Positions 1 through 11,306 of a stretch of DNA of 64,000 bases are shown here, one piece after another; the stretch's first letter is position 1, and every line of letters starts with the position of its first letter. The stretch comes from an uncultured Spirochaetota bacterium. Its GTDB lineage: Bacteria > Spirochaetota > Spirochaetia > SZUA-6 > Fen-1364. The DNA lies in assembly GCA_963734545.1 (NCBI GenBank), contig CAVTHO010000003.1, positions 96,001 to 160,000 on the forward strand. The letters are read 5' to 3'. Under the pieces are notes generated by a model. That model saw only the letters and a program-made list of their open reading frames with translations. It searched no databases and was not told where the DNA came from. Both the position numbers and the translations under genes were made by a program.

Positions 1-558
1 CACCGCAACGACGAGGAGGAAGACGATGGACAACATTCGCACGGGCAGCCCGCGCGCCTTCGCGGCAGTCGGGTCGATCGAGGCGAAGAGAAGCGGCCGG
101 TACACGATGGCCAGGGTCACCAGGGCAATGGCTCCGCTCACGAGCATGCGCAGAATGTCCTTCCATTGGATGCTGAGCATGGACCCGAAAAGTACGGCAA
201 CGGCCGTGTTGGCGTGTGAGCCGCTGGTGCGGGCGGAAATGCCGAGGAAGAGGACGCCGAGCCCCAGCGCAAAGGAGAGAACCATTCCGATCTCCACGCT
301 GCGGCCCCGGGCGCGCTCCCCGAGCGCTCCGAGGCTCAGGGCGGAGAAGACGGAGAAGAGAATCATGCCGAGCAGAGGCGCCTGGCCGAGGAGACCGGCG
401 CCCGTGGCTCCCGCAAAGCAGATGTCGAGGAATGCCTCGGCGGCGAATGCCTGCGCCCGCAGGACCAGGAAATACCCCACCAGTGCGGCCATGATCGCCG
501 CGGCGGTGCCTCCGAGGAATGCCCTCTGGAAGACGTCGGATGACAACAGATCGAACAT
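1..558 (-). CDS. Metal (Zn/Mn) ABC transporter permease, second copy; runs off the left edge
   Basis: Not in ORF track. Read manually from ATG 558: [53 protein letters not shown]. Hydrophobic paralog of 558..1370; ATG overlaps that gene's TGA. Confidence 0.8.
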   Translation of the reverse strand, partial: MFDLLSSDVFQRAFLGGTAAAIMAALVGYFLVLRAQAFAAEAFLDICFAGATGAGLLGQAPLLGMILFSVFSALSLGALGERARGRSVEIGMVLSFALGLGVLFLGISARTSGSHANTAVAVLFGSMLSIQWKDILRMLVSGAIALVTLAIVYRPLLFASIDPTAAKARGLPVRMLSIVFLLVVAV

Positions 559-1370
559 CAATGGGCCTCCCGAAGCACGGGAGAGAGGAGGCGTACCGGG
601 AGATACACGAGGAAGGAGAGAGTGGCAATGAAGAAGCTGACCGGAATCGTGCCGCTCACGGCCGCGAAAAGCACGCCGAGCCACACGTATGCCAGGCCGA
701 GCCCGGCGGAGAGAAGGATTGCCACGAACGGGCGCTTGACGAGCCGGGTCGCCGTGGCGGCCGGGCCAACGAGGAGAGTGAAGACGAGGAGGGCGCCCAT
801 CATCTGTATCGACAAGGACACGGTGACCGCAACGATCACCATGAGCGCAACGGAGAGCAGCTTCAACGGCACGCCGCGCGCCTCCGCGGCAAGGGGGTCG
901 AAGGTGCTGAAAAGCAGGGGCCGGTAGAGGAAGACGATCGCGGCGAGGATGATGAGCCCGCTGAGAGAGGTCACCACGACGTCGTGCGCGCTGATGCCCA
1001 GGATGCTGCCGAAGAGGATGGCGTACACGCGCTGCGCGTAGCCCGCGTAAAGGGCGAGGAAGAGAAGCCCGATCCCGAGTGCAAGCGTCATGAGAACACC
1101 GATCGCGACGTCGCGCTCGCGCACGTCGGTTCCGATCATGCCCATGGCAACCGCGGCAGCCGTGGAGAACGCGAATAACCCGTATACCGGGTCGACACCC
1201 AGAAGAACCGCCCCTGCCGCGCCCGCGAATCCGATGTTCGGCAGGGCATGCCCCGCGAATGTCAGACCCCGGGATACCAGAAAATAGCCGCTCGCGGCGG
1301 CGAGCACCGCGACGATCGACCCGGTGAGAAGCGCGTGCACGATGAACGGGTAGCCGAGGAGCTCGCGCAT
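558..1370 (-). CDS. znuB: Metal (Zn/Mn) ABC transporter permease, ZnuB/ABC-3 family
   Basis: Multi-TM protein with LFGSILG, FDP.AA.A.G and MGALLV motifs. Confidence 0.85.
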   Translation of the reverse strand: MRELLGYPFIVHALLTGSIVAVLAAASGYFLVSRGLTFAGHALPNIGFAGAAGAVLLGVDPVYGLFAFSTAAAVAMGMIGTDVRERDVAIGVLMTLALGIGLLFLALYAGYAQRVYAILFGSILGISAHDVVVTSLSGLIILAAIVFLYRPLLFSTFDPLAAEARGVPLKLLSVALMVIVAVTVSLSIQMMGALLVFTLLVGPAATATRLVKRPFVAILLSAGLGLAYVWLGVLFAAVSGTIPVSFFIATLSFLVYLPVRLLSPVLREAH

Positions 1371-1371
1371 C

Positions 1372-2162
1372 TCAGATCTGCGCCCCCACCACGAATACCC
1401 TCCCCAGCGCCTGCACGACCTCGACCGGCGCTCCGTACAGGGCGGTCAACGTCCGGCTCGTGATGACTTCCGCTGTCGTGCCGATTGCGCTGTGACCGTT
1501 GGCAAGGTACAGGACGCGGTCCACGTGGGAGAGGAGGGGGTTGATGTCGTGGGTCACGAACAGCACGGCGGCCTTGTCGAGACCGGCAGATGCGGCGGAC
1601 CAGCGCGATTATCTCCTGCTCGCGGGAGATGTCCAGATTGGCGAGCGGCTCGTCCAGGAGGAGGAGCCGGGGATCCGTCAGCAGCGCCTGCGCAATGAGA
1701 AGGCGCTGCCGCTCTCCGCCGGAGAGCCGTCCCATCGGCTCGTCGGCAAGGTCCTCCGCATCCACTTCCCGAAGGACCTTGTCAATGGCGGCCCTCGCGC
1801 GCCTTGCTCGGCCATCCGGGTCCCCAGCGGTTCCCGTCCAGCCCGAATCGGACCACTTCCCTGGCCCGGAGAGACATTTCCGCCTCTATCACGCGAAACT
1901 GCGGCACGTAGCCGATTCTCGCGTTCCCTTTCCCGGGTGCCCCGCCGAACACCTCGACCCGTCCGGCATCGGGCTTCAGGAGCCCGAGCAGGACCTTCAG
2001 CAGGGTGCTCTTGCCGGCACCGTTGGGGCCGAGGACGGCAATGAATTCGCCGTCCTCGATCGTGAAGGTCATGTTCTCCTGGATCGTGCGGCCTCCCAGA
2101 CTCACCTTGACGCCTTCCAGCGAGGCAACGTGGGACGCGCGCGGCTGGGCTTCGGCTCCCAT
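1372..2162 (-). CDS. znuC: Metal ABC transporter ATPase, ZnuC-like (split over three frames)
   Basis: Walker [30 protein letters not shown] and VTHD found across ORFs 1782..2162, 1262..1765 and 1372..1566. Confidence 0.85.
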
Positions 2163-2168
2163 CGCGCC

Positions 2169-3067
2169 CTACTTTCCCAGGGCCTGCGCGAGGGCCGTGA
2201 GCTGGCTCAGCATCCAATCCTGGTAGTTCATGGCCGAGGGCATGGTCTCCGTCACGGGCTACGATCGGTATGCCCGCAGACTGCGCCTCTTCCTGGAGTT
2301 TCGTGGTTATGGGCGAAATGGTCTGCTCATTGTAGACCAGTACCTTGATCTTTTTCCCCTTCACCTGATTTTCCGCAGCAACGACCGTGTCGGCGGGCGG
2401 ATCATTCCCCTCGGCAATCGCCTTCTGGAACTCGAGCGGCGTCAGGACGACCAGCCCGAGAGGCTTTGTCTGATAGAGGAATATTGTTTCGGTCAATCCG
2501 ATGGGGGTTCCGCTCCACCTGGCCCTGATGTCCGCCATCTTCTGGCGCACCTTCATCAGAGACTTCTGAAAGTCCTGGAGGTTCCGCGCAAAGAGAGCCG
2601 CGTCCGCCGGGGCGAGCTTCTGGAGGGCACCGGCAACCGACTGCGCGATCCCCTGCACGTTGTCGAGGTCGTACCACACATGCTCATTGTCGGGAAGCTT
2701 GTTGCCGGCAATATCGTATGCCTTCAGCAGGATACGCTTGCCGCTGCGGCGACCCTGAGAGCAGCTTGTCCATCCAGTCGTCGTAGCCGCCGCCGTTCTC
2801 GATGACGAGGTCTGCCACGGCAACGGCCTTCGCGTCGTTGACGCTGGACTCGTACTCGTGCGGATCCAGGTTCGGGTCGGAGAGGATGCTGGTGACGTGG
2901 ACGCGCTCACCGCCCAGCTGCTCCGCGATGTTGCCGTAGAAGTTCTCGGCGGCTACGACGTTGATCAGCTTCGCGCTGCCTGCAGCCCCAAAGGCCGCGC
3001 CGCCCGCGATGAGAAATATGAGCGCGGCAAGCCCGCGCCAAACACGAACTGAAGTCGTTGACGTCAT
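2169..3067 (-). CDS. znuA: Metal ABC transporter substrate-binding protein, ZnuA/TroA-like (frameshifted)
   Basis: Signal peptide, VVAAENFYG, DPHEYE and NEHVWYD motifs; RBS AAGGAGGT upstream. Confidence 0.85.
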
Positions 3068-3110
3068 GCGTCACCTCCTTGAAATATATGGAAAATCCCA
3101 TTTGCGTGCA

Positions 3111-3182
3111 AATGAGACAGAGTATCCATAAGCCAAAGGTAACCAATCAGCCGCTTATCGTCAATGAGACTCTGTATCAATA
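3111..3182. promoter_or_regulatory. Two Fur/Zur-family-like operator boxes upstream of the metal importer
   Basis: AATGAGACAGAGTATCCATA (3111-3130) and AATGAGACTCTGTATCAATA (3163-3182): 16/20 identical, each an imperfect inverted repeat. Confidence 0.55.
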
Positions 3183-3261
3183 GGCGGGTTCGCCGCGCAC
3201 CCGGCCCATGGCGGCTGCAGACCTTGCACTCCCTTCGCCGGCTGATATACTTGGGGATACG

Positions 3262-3735
3262 ATGAAACGGATCATCATGCTCGGCGCCTGCATCGCCGTC
3301 GCGATGTGTGTGACGGGCTGTGACGCGATGAACTACCTCTGGCAGAGAATCATGGGACGCGGCTATTCGCAGATCGACATGACATCACTTGAGAACGCGC
3401 AGGACCGCGCGTCCGCCATGACGCTTTCCGGAAGCTCCCTCGCGGCGAATACCGTGCTCGGATACAAGACGCGCCATGGGAACCTCGGGAAGCTCGTGAT
3501 TCTGGCTTCCCCGACCGGTTCCAGCATGACTTTCCAGTTCACGACCTACAGCATTCTGGACGGGAGCATACTGAAGAGCTCCCGCGCGGTGACCCTCACC
3601 GGCAACACCCGCTATGATCTGGAGGAGGGGATTCCGGCGGACAGCTTCAGCGCGAGCGATTTCCTGTGGCAGTCCGACGCCGCGCTGGTCCCCCAGGGTG
3701 CGCCGATCAGGGCCGAGTTCTTTACCTTGCCGTGA
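3262..3735 (+). CDS. Hypothetical lipoprotein
   Basis: MKRIIMLGACIAVAMCVTG-C lipobox; promoter-like TTGCAC (3224) and TGaTATACT just upstream. Confidence 0.65.
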   Translation: MKRIIMLGACIAVAMCVTGCDAMNYLWQRIMGRGYSQIDMTSLENAQDRASAMTLSGSSLAANTVLGYKTRHGNLGKLVILASPTGSSMTFQFTTYSILDGSILKSSRAVTLTGNTRYDLEEGIPADSFSASDFLWQSDAALVPQGAPIRAEFFTLP

Positions 3736-3740
3736 GAGAT

Positions 3741-3768
3741 GCGGCCCCCGCCGCAAGGCGGAGGCCGC
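3741..3768. terminator. GC-rich hairpin between convergent genes
   Basis: GCGGCCCCCGCC-GCAA-GGCGGAGGCCGC stem-loop between stops at 3735 and 3787; no U-tract. Confidence 0.5.
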
Positions 3769-3786
3769 GTGAGGATCCGTTCTGCT

Positions 3787-5312
<1,526 letters not shown>

Positions 5313-5407
5313 TATTGAATCCTCCTGTCCCTCAAGATACCTACAATAGATTATGAAATGGTTGGACGATTGTTAATTTTCCTTAATCTGGTATCATACC
5401 GCCGCGC

Positions 5408-6203
5408 ATGAACAACGACCAGATCAAAAGGATTCTCCTGTCCCTGCGGAAGACCGGGCACGACTTCACCGTCATCCTCTCCGGAAAGAAGAGCAGGAAG
5501 GTCCACGGCCTGTACAAGCCGGACAGCCGCGAGATCATCATCCACAACAGGAACTTCAAGAACGACAACGAGCTGATGTACACCGCCATCCACGAGTACG
5601 CGCATCACATCCAGTTCACCACCGTCCGCCACGCCCGTGTCCGCGCGCACGCATACCACGGCGTTCTGGAACCTTCTCCATACCCTGCTCTTCGAGGCGG
5701 AAGCAAAGGGAATCTACACGAACCCCTTCGAGTCCATCGAGGAGTTCCGGGCGCTGACCCGGCGGATCCGGGAGAAGTTCCTGTCGGAGAGCGGCGCCCT
5801 GATGAAGGAGCTGGGGAGGCTCCTCGTGGAGGCGCACGAGCTGTGCGAGAAGCACGGAACGAGCTTCTCCGGACTACCTGGACCGGGTGCTCGCGCTGCC
5901 GCGCACGAGCGCCCAGGTCATCATGAAGGCGCACACCCTCGACCTGGATCCCGCGGTCGGCTTCGAGAACATGCGCTCGCTCGTCTCCATCCGGGACGAA
6001 CGCTCGCGGGCAGGGCGCAGGAGGAGCTCCGGGACGGGCACAGCCCCGACATGGTGAAGGCCGCGTACATCAGCCCGAAACCTCCCCGCAGCCGCCGCGA
6101 GGCGCTGCAGGAGGAGCGCGAGCGGATCGAGAAGAGCATCGAGCGCCTGAAAAAACGGCTGAAGGAGATCGAGAAGCGGATCGCGGAAACAGGGGAGGAG
6201 TAG
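5408..6203 (+). CDS. Hypothetical protein with HExxH zinc-binding motif and C-terminal coiled coil (frameshifted)
   Basis: AIHEYAHH motif, then H...FW..LH; C-terminal ERERIEKSIERLKKRLKEIE. Confidence 0.6.
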
Positions 6204-6209
6204 GGCAAG

Positions 6210-6723
6210 ATGGAAGTCTATGACGCAATGCGCACGCGCAAGAGCGTGCGGGCATTTCTCCCCCGCCCGGTGCCGGATGACCTCCTGCGCCGTGTCCTCG
6301 AAGCCGCGCGCGGCGCGCCGTCGGCGCGCAATGCGCAGGAGTGGCGCTTTGTGGCCGTGCGCGAGAGCGGGACACGGGAAAGGCTGGCGCTGGAGGCGGC
6401 GCGGCAGCCTTTCATCGGCACCGCCCCCGTGCTCCTTGCCTGCTGCGCGGAGACGGACGGCAGGATCATGCGCTGCGGCCAGCCCGCATACCCGATCGAC
6501 GTGGCCATCGCCATGGATCATCTCACGCTGGCCGCCACCGCGGAGGGTCTCGGCACCTGCTGGATCGGGTCATTCGACGAGACCCTGGTGAAGGAGATTC
6601 TGGGTATTCCCGCCGGCGGTCAGGGTGGTCCAGCTCATGCCGCTGGGATACCCCGCGGACCCGTCAGCGGTGGGCAAGAGCCGGCTGGGCCTGGATACGC
6701 TCCTGCACTACGAAAGGTGGTAA
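6210..6723 (+). CDS. Nitroreductase family protein (frameshift near 6620)
   Basis: RKSVRAF, APSARNAQEWRF and GLGTCWIG motifs; LGYP in the shifted frame, stop TAA 6721-6723. Confidence 0.85.
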
Positions 6724-6751
6724 GGGGCGCTCCGGGGAGACACCATCGGCT

Positions 6752-7237
6752 TCAATGACTGTGCGCGGACGGGCCTTCATGCGGGTGCCCGTGCTCGATT
6801 TCATCCGGGGTAGCCTCCCGCACCTCCACGATGTCCACGTCGAAGTGAAGCGTGAGCCCTGCCAGGGGATGGTTCCCGTCCACCGTGACCTCATCTGCGT
6901 CCATGCCGATCAGCGTGACCATGTGTCCCTCCCCATCGCCCTGTACCTGGAACTGCATGCCGACCTCGAGGTTGTCCACTCCCCGGAACTGGGCGCGCGG
7001 GACGCTGAAGACGATCGAGTCGTCGCGCGCCCCGTAGGCCTGATCGGGCGCGACGGTGACGGAGACATGGTCGGCAGGCGCTTTCCCTTCCAGGGCCGTC
7101 TCCAGCCCCTCGATCATGCTGCCCGTGCCGTGGAGGTATGTCAGCGGCTCTTCGCCTTTCGAGCTGTCGAGGATCGTCCCGTCCTCTCCTGTAAGCGTGT
7201 AGGCGATCGAGACCACCCTGTTCTTGGAAACGATCAT
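6752..7237 (-). CDS. slyD: FKBP-type peptidyl-prolyl isomerase SlyD
   Basis: VVSIAYTL, PLTYLHG, VDGNHPLAG motifs and His-containing tail. Confidence 0.9.
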   Translation of the reverse strand: MIVSKNRVVSIAYTLTGEDGTILDSSKGEEPLTYLHGTGSMIEGLETALEGKAPADHVSVTVAPDQAYGARDDSIVFSVPRAQFRGVDNLEVGMQFQVQGDGEGHMVTLIGMDADEVTVDGNHPLAGLTLHFDVDIVEVREATPDEIEHGHPHEGPSAHSH

Positions 7238-7332
7238 GCGCCACACTTGCCGAACTGCGGGAGGGTGTCAAGGAGGGGCGCCTGCACTCGCTCGAGGTTG
7301 ACGCCGCTGCCGCGTTGCGTCAATCATGACGG

Positions 7333-8043
7333 ATGCCGAAGCTCGAGATCAGCAAGGTCCACGATGCATACGCCGGCGGCGGGGAATGCCCTCTCTGCAC
7401 CCTGATGGAAGGAGCGGAGGAGACATACCTGCGTTCCTTCCAGCATTCCCGCGTCATGGAGCCCCGGGTCCGGGTCAAGACCAATGAGACGGGCTTCTGC
7501 CCCGATCACTATCGCAAGCTGTACGCGCGGGAGAACAAGCTCGGTCTCGGCCTCGTCGTGCACACGCATCTTCGGGAGAAGCTGCCCGAGCTGCGCGCGG
7601 CGTTCGATACGCTGCGGGCGGCCGGCCGCAAGGGAAAAAAGATGGACGAGGCCGCAGCCTCCCTCGCGCGCCTCCATGACCGCTGCTTCATCTGCGAGCT
7701 GCTGCAGGGAGATCTGGACCGCTACGCCTTCACGATCCTGTTCCTGTGGAGCAAGGACGCGGAGTTCCTGCCGAGGTTCCGTTCTTCACGCGGCTTCTGC
7801 CTGGACCATTTTCTTTCGATCCTTGCCAGGGGCCGCGTGATGCTGAGGCCGGACAGGCTGGAGCGCTGGCTCGGTGACGCTGCCGCCCTCATGACGGACA
7901 GCCTGGAGCGCCTGGAGCGGGAGCTCGAAGCGTTTACCCAGCTTCATCACGACGCAAACAGGAGCCTGGGCACCGACGAGGAGCGCACGGCGCTCGCCCG
8001 TACCATGCAGAAGCTCGCCGGGGGCCGGTTCCGGCTGGAATGA
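7333..8043 (+). CDS. Hypothetical protein with duplicated CxxC...GFCxxH motif (DUF6062-like)
   Basis: CPLC...GFCPDH and CFIC...GFCLDH; family name from recall. Confidence 0.6.
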   Translation: MPKLEISKVHDAYAGGGECPLCTLMEGAEETYLRSFQHSRVMEPRVRVKTNETGFCPDHYRKLYARENKLGLGLVVHTHLREKLPELRAAFDTLRAAGRKGKKMDEAAASLARLHDRCFICELLQGDLDRYAFTILFLWSKDAEFLPRFRSSRGFCLDHFLSILARGRVMLRPDRLERWLGDAAALMTDSLERLERELEAFTQLHHDANRSLGTDEERTALARTMQKLAGGRFRLE

Positions 8044-8052
8044 GCGGGCCCC

Positions 8053-9015
8053 TCATTCCAGCCGGGAGAGGATTTCCAGAAAATCGCGGGGGATCGGTGC
8101 GGTGATCGTAACGGCCGCGCGCGTCATGGGGTGGATGAACGTGACGCGTTCCGCGTGCAGGCACTGCCGGGAGGGGAGGGAGTCGTCGAGGACGCCGGCG
8201 TTCCTCTGGTAGCGGAGGAAGAGCTCCTCGTCCTTGTACAGCAGGTCTCCCCAGACCGGGTGGCCGAGGGCGGCCAGGTGCACCCGTATCTGGTGCTGCC
8301 GGCCGGTGAGGGGGAACGCGGAAAGCAGCGTGTGCGCGGGCAGCCTGCGCCGCACGCGGTATTCGGTGACCGAAGGCAGGCCGTCCGGGCGCGCAGCCAT
8401 CTTGACGCGCACGGTGCTGGCCGCATCCCTTCCGATGGGAAGCGTGATCCTGCCCCCGTCCTCGGCGACTCTCCCCTCGACGCACGCCGCGTACTCCTTC
8501 GATAGGAGCGCGCGCGCGGTGAGGTCCTGCAGGGCCAGCAGGGCGTCCCGGACCTTCGCGATCAGCACGATGCCGCTCGTGAAGGTGTCCAGCCGGTTGA
8601 CCAGGCTCGGATAGAAGCCGCCATCTCCGTGATTCAGGCTGTCGCGGATGCTCCCCGCGTAAAGCTGGCGCGCGGACTGGATGACGGTGCCTGATTGCGT
8701 CCTGCCCATGGGGTGGGACGCGATGCCCGCCGGTTTGTTCACGGCCAGGAGATACTCGTCCTCGTACAGTATCTCGAGCTCCGGCTGAGGGCCTCTGTCG
8801 GGAACGCCTCGCCACTCGAGGGTGATCTCGTCCCCTTCCTTCAGCCGCGTGGAGGAGGCGTAGCGCCTTCCATTGAGAAGGGATTCTCCCATCTGGATTT
8901 TCTGCCTGATGCGCGTGCGGGAAAGGAAGGGAAGCTCCCGGCACAGGAATGCCACCGCGCGCATCCCGGCGCCGGCACCGTCAACGCGCAGCCGGGCGGG
9001 GGGTAGATCAGGCAT
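8053..9015 (-). CDS. RluA-family RNA pseudouridine synthase with S4 domain
   Basis: NKPAG, NRLDTFTSG, TGRQHQIRVH and GDLLY motifs. Confidence 0.9.
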   Translation of the reverse strand: MPDLPPARLRVDGAGAGMRAVAFLCRELPFLSRTRIRQKIQMGESLLNGRRYASSTRLKEGDEITLEWRGVPDRGPQPELEILYEDEYLLAVNKPAGIASHPMGRTQSGTVIQSARQLYAGSIRDSLNHGDGGFYPSLVNRLDTFTSGIVLIAKVRDALLALQDLTARALLSKEYAACVEGRVAEDGGRITLPIGRDAASTVRVKMAARPDGLPSVTEYRVRRRLPAHTLLSAFPLTGRQHQIRVHLAALGHPVWGDLLYKDEELFLRYQRNAGVLDDSLPSRQCLHAERVTFIHPMTRAAVTITAPIPRDFLEILSRLE

Positions 9016-10921
9016 GCTTCCGGGCGTCCAGGACTTCGCGCACCTTCAGCAGCAGGGCTGCGGGGCTGAACGGCTTCTGCAGAAAGGCGATGCCCGCGTG
9101 GAGCACGCCGTGATTGTCGATCACGTCCCGGGTGTAGCCGGACATGAACAGGGCCGGAACGCCGGGATGGGCAGCCGCCAGCCGCTCAACGAGTTCTCTG
9201 CCGCTCATGCCGGGCAGGACGACGTCGGTGATGATGAGGTCGATGTCTCCTCCCCGGGCCTCGATGATATCTTCCGCGTGTTCCCCATCGTCCGCCTCAT
9301 GGACGACATAACCGTAGCCGCCCAGCACGTTGGAGACAAGGACCCGTATCATGGACTCGTCTTCCACGAGGAGGATCGACTCCCTGCCCCCCCGTACCTC
9401 CGCGGGGGCCGTTTCCTTCGGCGCATCCGCTTCTCCCCGCACCCGGGGGAAGTAGAGATCGAAGGACGTTCCTTTTCCCGGCTCGCTCTCTGCCCAGATA
9501 TAGCCGCCGGTCTGCTTGACGATCCCATACACCGTGGAAAGCCCCAGCCCGGTGCCTTTCCCCACCTCCTTGGTGGTGAAGAAAGGCTCGAACAGATGGG
9601 CCTTCACATCCTTGTCCATGCCGCTCCCGGTGTCGCTGATCCGAAGCCGCACGTAGTCCCCCCGTGTCACGGTGTAACTGTTCTCCCGCCGGGAGGAATC
9701 CAGGAGGACGTTGCTGGTGTCCATCGTGATCCGCCCTCCCCGAGGCATGGCGTCACGCGAGTTGATGCAGAGGTTCATGATGACCTGCTCGATCTGACCG
9801 GGGTCGGCAAGGATGCTTCCCAACTCCGGGGTGAACCGGGTTTCAAGGGCAATGTCCTCCCCCAGAAGCCTCCTCAGCAGCTTCTCCAGCGTCGAAATGA
9901 GAATGTTGAGGTCGAGAATCCTCGGCCTCATCACCTGGCGCCTGCTGAAGGCCAGGAGCTGCTGGGTCAGGGAAGCCGCCCGGTTGCCCGCCTTCTTGAT
10001 CTCTTCCAGGTTTTTTTTCAGCGTCCCGGAATCGTCGAGGCTCAGCATGGAGTAGTCGCAATAGCCGATGATCGCGGTGAGCAGATTGTTGAAGTCGTGG
10101 GCAACCCCGCCGGCCAGCCTTCCCACCGCCTCCATTTTCTGCGCCTGGTTGAGCTGCTCGAGGAGCCGGGCGCGCTCCGAGACATCGCGCGCGACCCCGT
10201 AGACCTGCCGCTTTCCCCCCGGACCGGTGTCCGCGGTCAGGTGCGCCTCCATGGTCATCTTCCTTCCGTCAGAGGCGAAGAACTCGAACTGGGTCTCCCT
10301 GTCCACCCTGTACTCTCCCTCGAGGAGCTCCCGGAGAACGGCCCGCGCGCTCTCCTGCTCGTGCGCGGGGAGTCTGTCGATGATGAATGTGCCGATGTAG
10401 CGCGACGGCACATAGCCCGTGATGGCCTCGAGGCGGGTGCTGAGATACGTGATCATTCCATTCTCGTCGAGGGTGAAGATAATGTCGTTCACCCGCTCCG
10501 TCATGAGCCGGTAGCGGCGCTCGGATTCGACGAGCTGCGCCGTGCGTGCCTGCAGGCTTTCCACCATGGAATTGAAGGAGTCCGCGAGCCCACGGACCTC
10601 GTCTCCTCCGCGGATGCTGATGCGGTAGTCGAGGTTGCCGGCGCTGATGGTGCGCGTGCCGTGGAGGAGATGCACGAGCGGCCGCGTGATGGCCCTGCTC
10701 ACGAAGAGGCCCAGCACGAGTGAGAGCCCGATGCCGAGACTGGCCAGAAGGAGGGACTCGCGGAACAGCACGCTGGCGGTAAGCGGATCATCCGCGGCGG
10801 GCTGCCGCACGGTCAGGAAGAACAGGCTGAGCATTGAGACGGCAATGCACGCCAGGGACACCCCGACGAGGGCGGCGAATATCTTCACCGTGATGCTCTT
10901 CCAGAACGGCGCGATCTTCAC
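9008..10921 (-). CDS. Hybrid sensor histidine kinase (2 TM, HAMP, PAS, HisKA, HATPase, receiver)
   Basis: GTG 10921 overlaps the upstream TGA; [30 protein letters not shown] and receiver LLVEDE...TDVVLP...KP motifs. Confidence 0.9.
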   Translation of the reverse strand: MKIAPFWKSITVKIFAALVGVSLACIAVSMLSLFFLTVRQPAADDPLTASVLFRESLLLASLGIGLSLVLGLFVSRAITRPLVHLLHGTRTISAGNLDYRISIRGGDEVRGLADSFNSMVESLQARTAQLVESERRYRLMTERVNDIIFTLDENGMITYLSTRLEAITGYVPSRYIGTFIIDRLPAHEQESARAVLRELLEGEYRVDRETQFEFFASDGRKMTMEAHLTADTGPGGKRQVYGVARDVSERARLLEQLNQAQKMEAVGRLAGGVAHDFNNLLTAIIGYCDYSMLSLDDSGTLKKNLEEIKKAGNRAASLTQQLLAFSRRQVMRPRILDLNILISTLEKLLRRLLGEDIALETRFTPELGSILADPGQIEQVIMNLCINSRDAMPRGGRITMDTSNVLLDSSRRENSYTVTRGDYVRLRISDTGSGMDKDVKAHLFEPFFTTKEVGKGTGLGLSTVYGIVKQTGGYIWAESEPGKGTSFDLYFPRVRGEADAPKETAPAEVRGGRESILLVEDESMIRVLVSNVLGGYGYVVHEADDGEHAEDIIEARGGDIDLIITDVVLPGMSGRELVERLAAAHPGVPALFMSGYTRDVIDNHGVLHAGIAFLQKPFSPAALLLKVREVLDARKHA

Positions 10922-11196
10922 GTCCGCGCTTCCTCTTTCTTCCTGCGGTAGCTCAGCTTCAGGCTTTCCGTCACGCCGTATTCGACGGAGCGCCGGGAGC
11001 AGAAGAGCGCAGAGGGATCCCCGTAGCGGAGGTACGCGGCGAACAGGCAGCCATCGCCGCAGATCGGCACCCACGCAATGGCGGCGCGCAGCTCGTCGTC
11101 GATGATGACCTGGGCGCGCGTCAGCGTGTGGAAGAGAAGGTGGGAGCCTTTTGCCGGGAAATCGGAGATCGAGGTGGTGAACCGGGAGGCTGTCAT
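10918..11196 (-). CDS. 92-aa protein resembling the N-terminus joined to the SPASM C-terminus of a peptide-modifying radical SAM enzyme (core absent)
   Basis: RBS AGGGAG; N-half HLLFHTLTRAQVIIDDEL; C-half WVPICGDGC...YGD....FC; no CxxxCxxC. Confidence 0.55.
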   Translation of the reverse strand: MTASRFTTSISDFPAKGSHLLFHTLTRAQVIIDDELRAAIAWVPICGDGCLFAAYLRYGDPSALFCSRRSVEYGVTESLKLSYRRKKEEART

Positions 11197-11205
11197 TGAC
11201 TCCCT

Positions 11206-11301
11206 TTACGCTCCCGTCCCGCTGAAGATCAGGCTGCAGCAGCTGATCGCCACGACGCCATCGGACACGCGTGAGCCTTCCTCGATGATTTCCAGGATCA
11301 T
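11206..11301 (-). CDS. 31-aa putative RiPP precursor peptide with Cys-Cys motif
   Basis: Read manually: MILEIIEEGSRVSDGVVAISCCSLIFSGTGA*. RBS-like AAGGAAG upstream; fills the gap between two operon genes. Confidence 0.7.
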   Translation of the reverse strand: MILEIIEEGSRVSDGVVAISCCSLIFSGTGA

Positions 11302-11306
11302 GTGTC

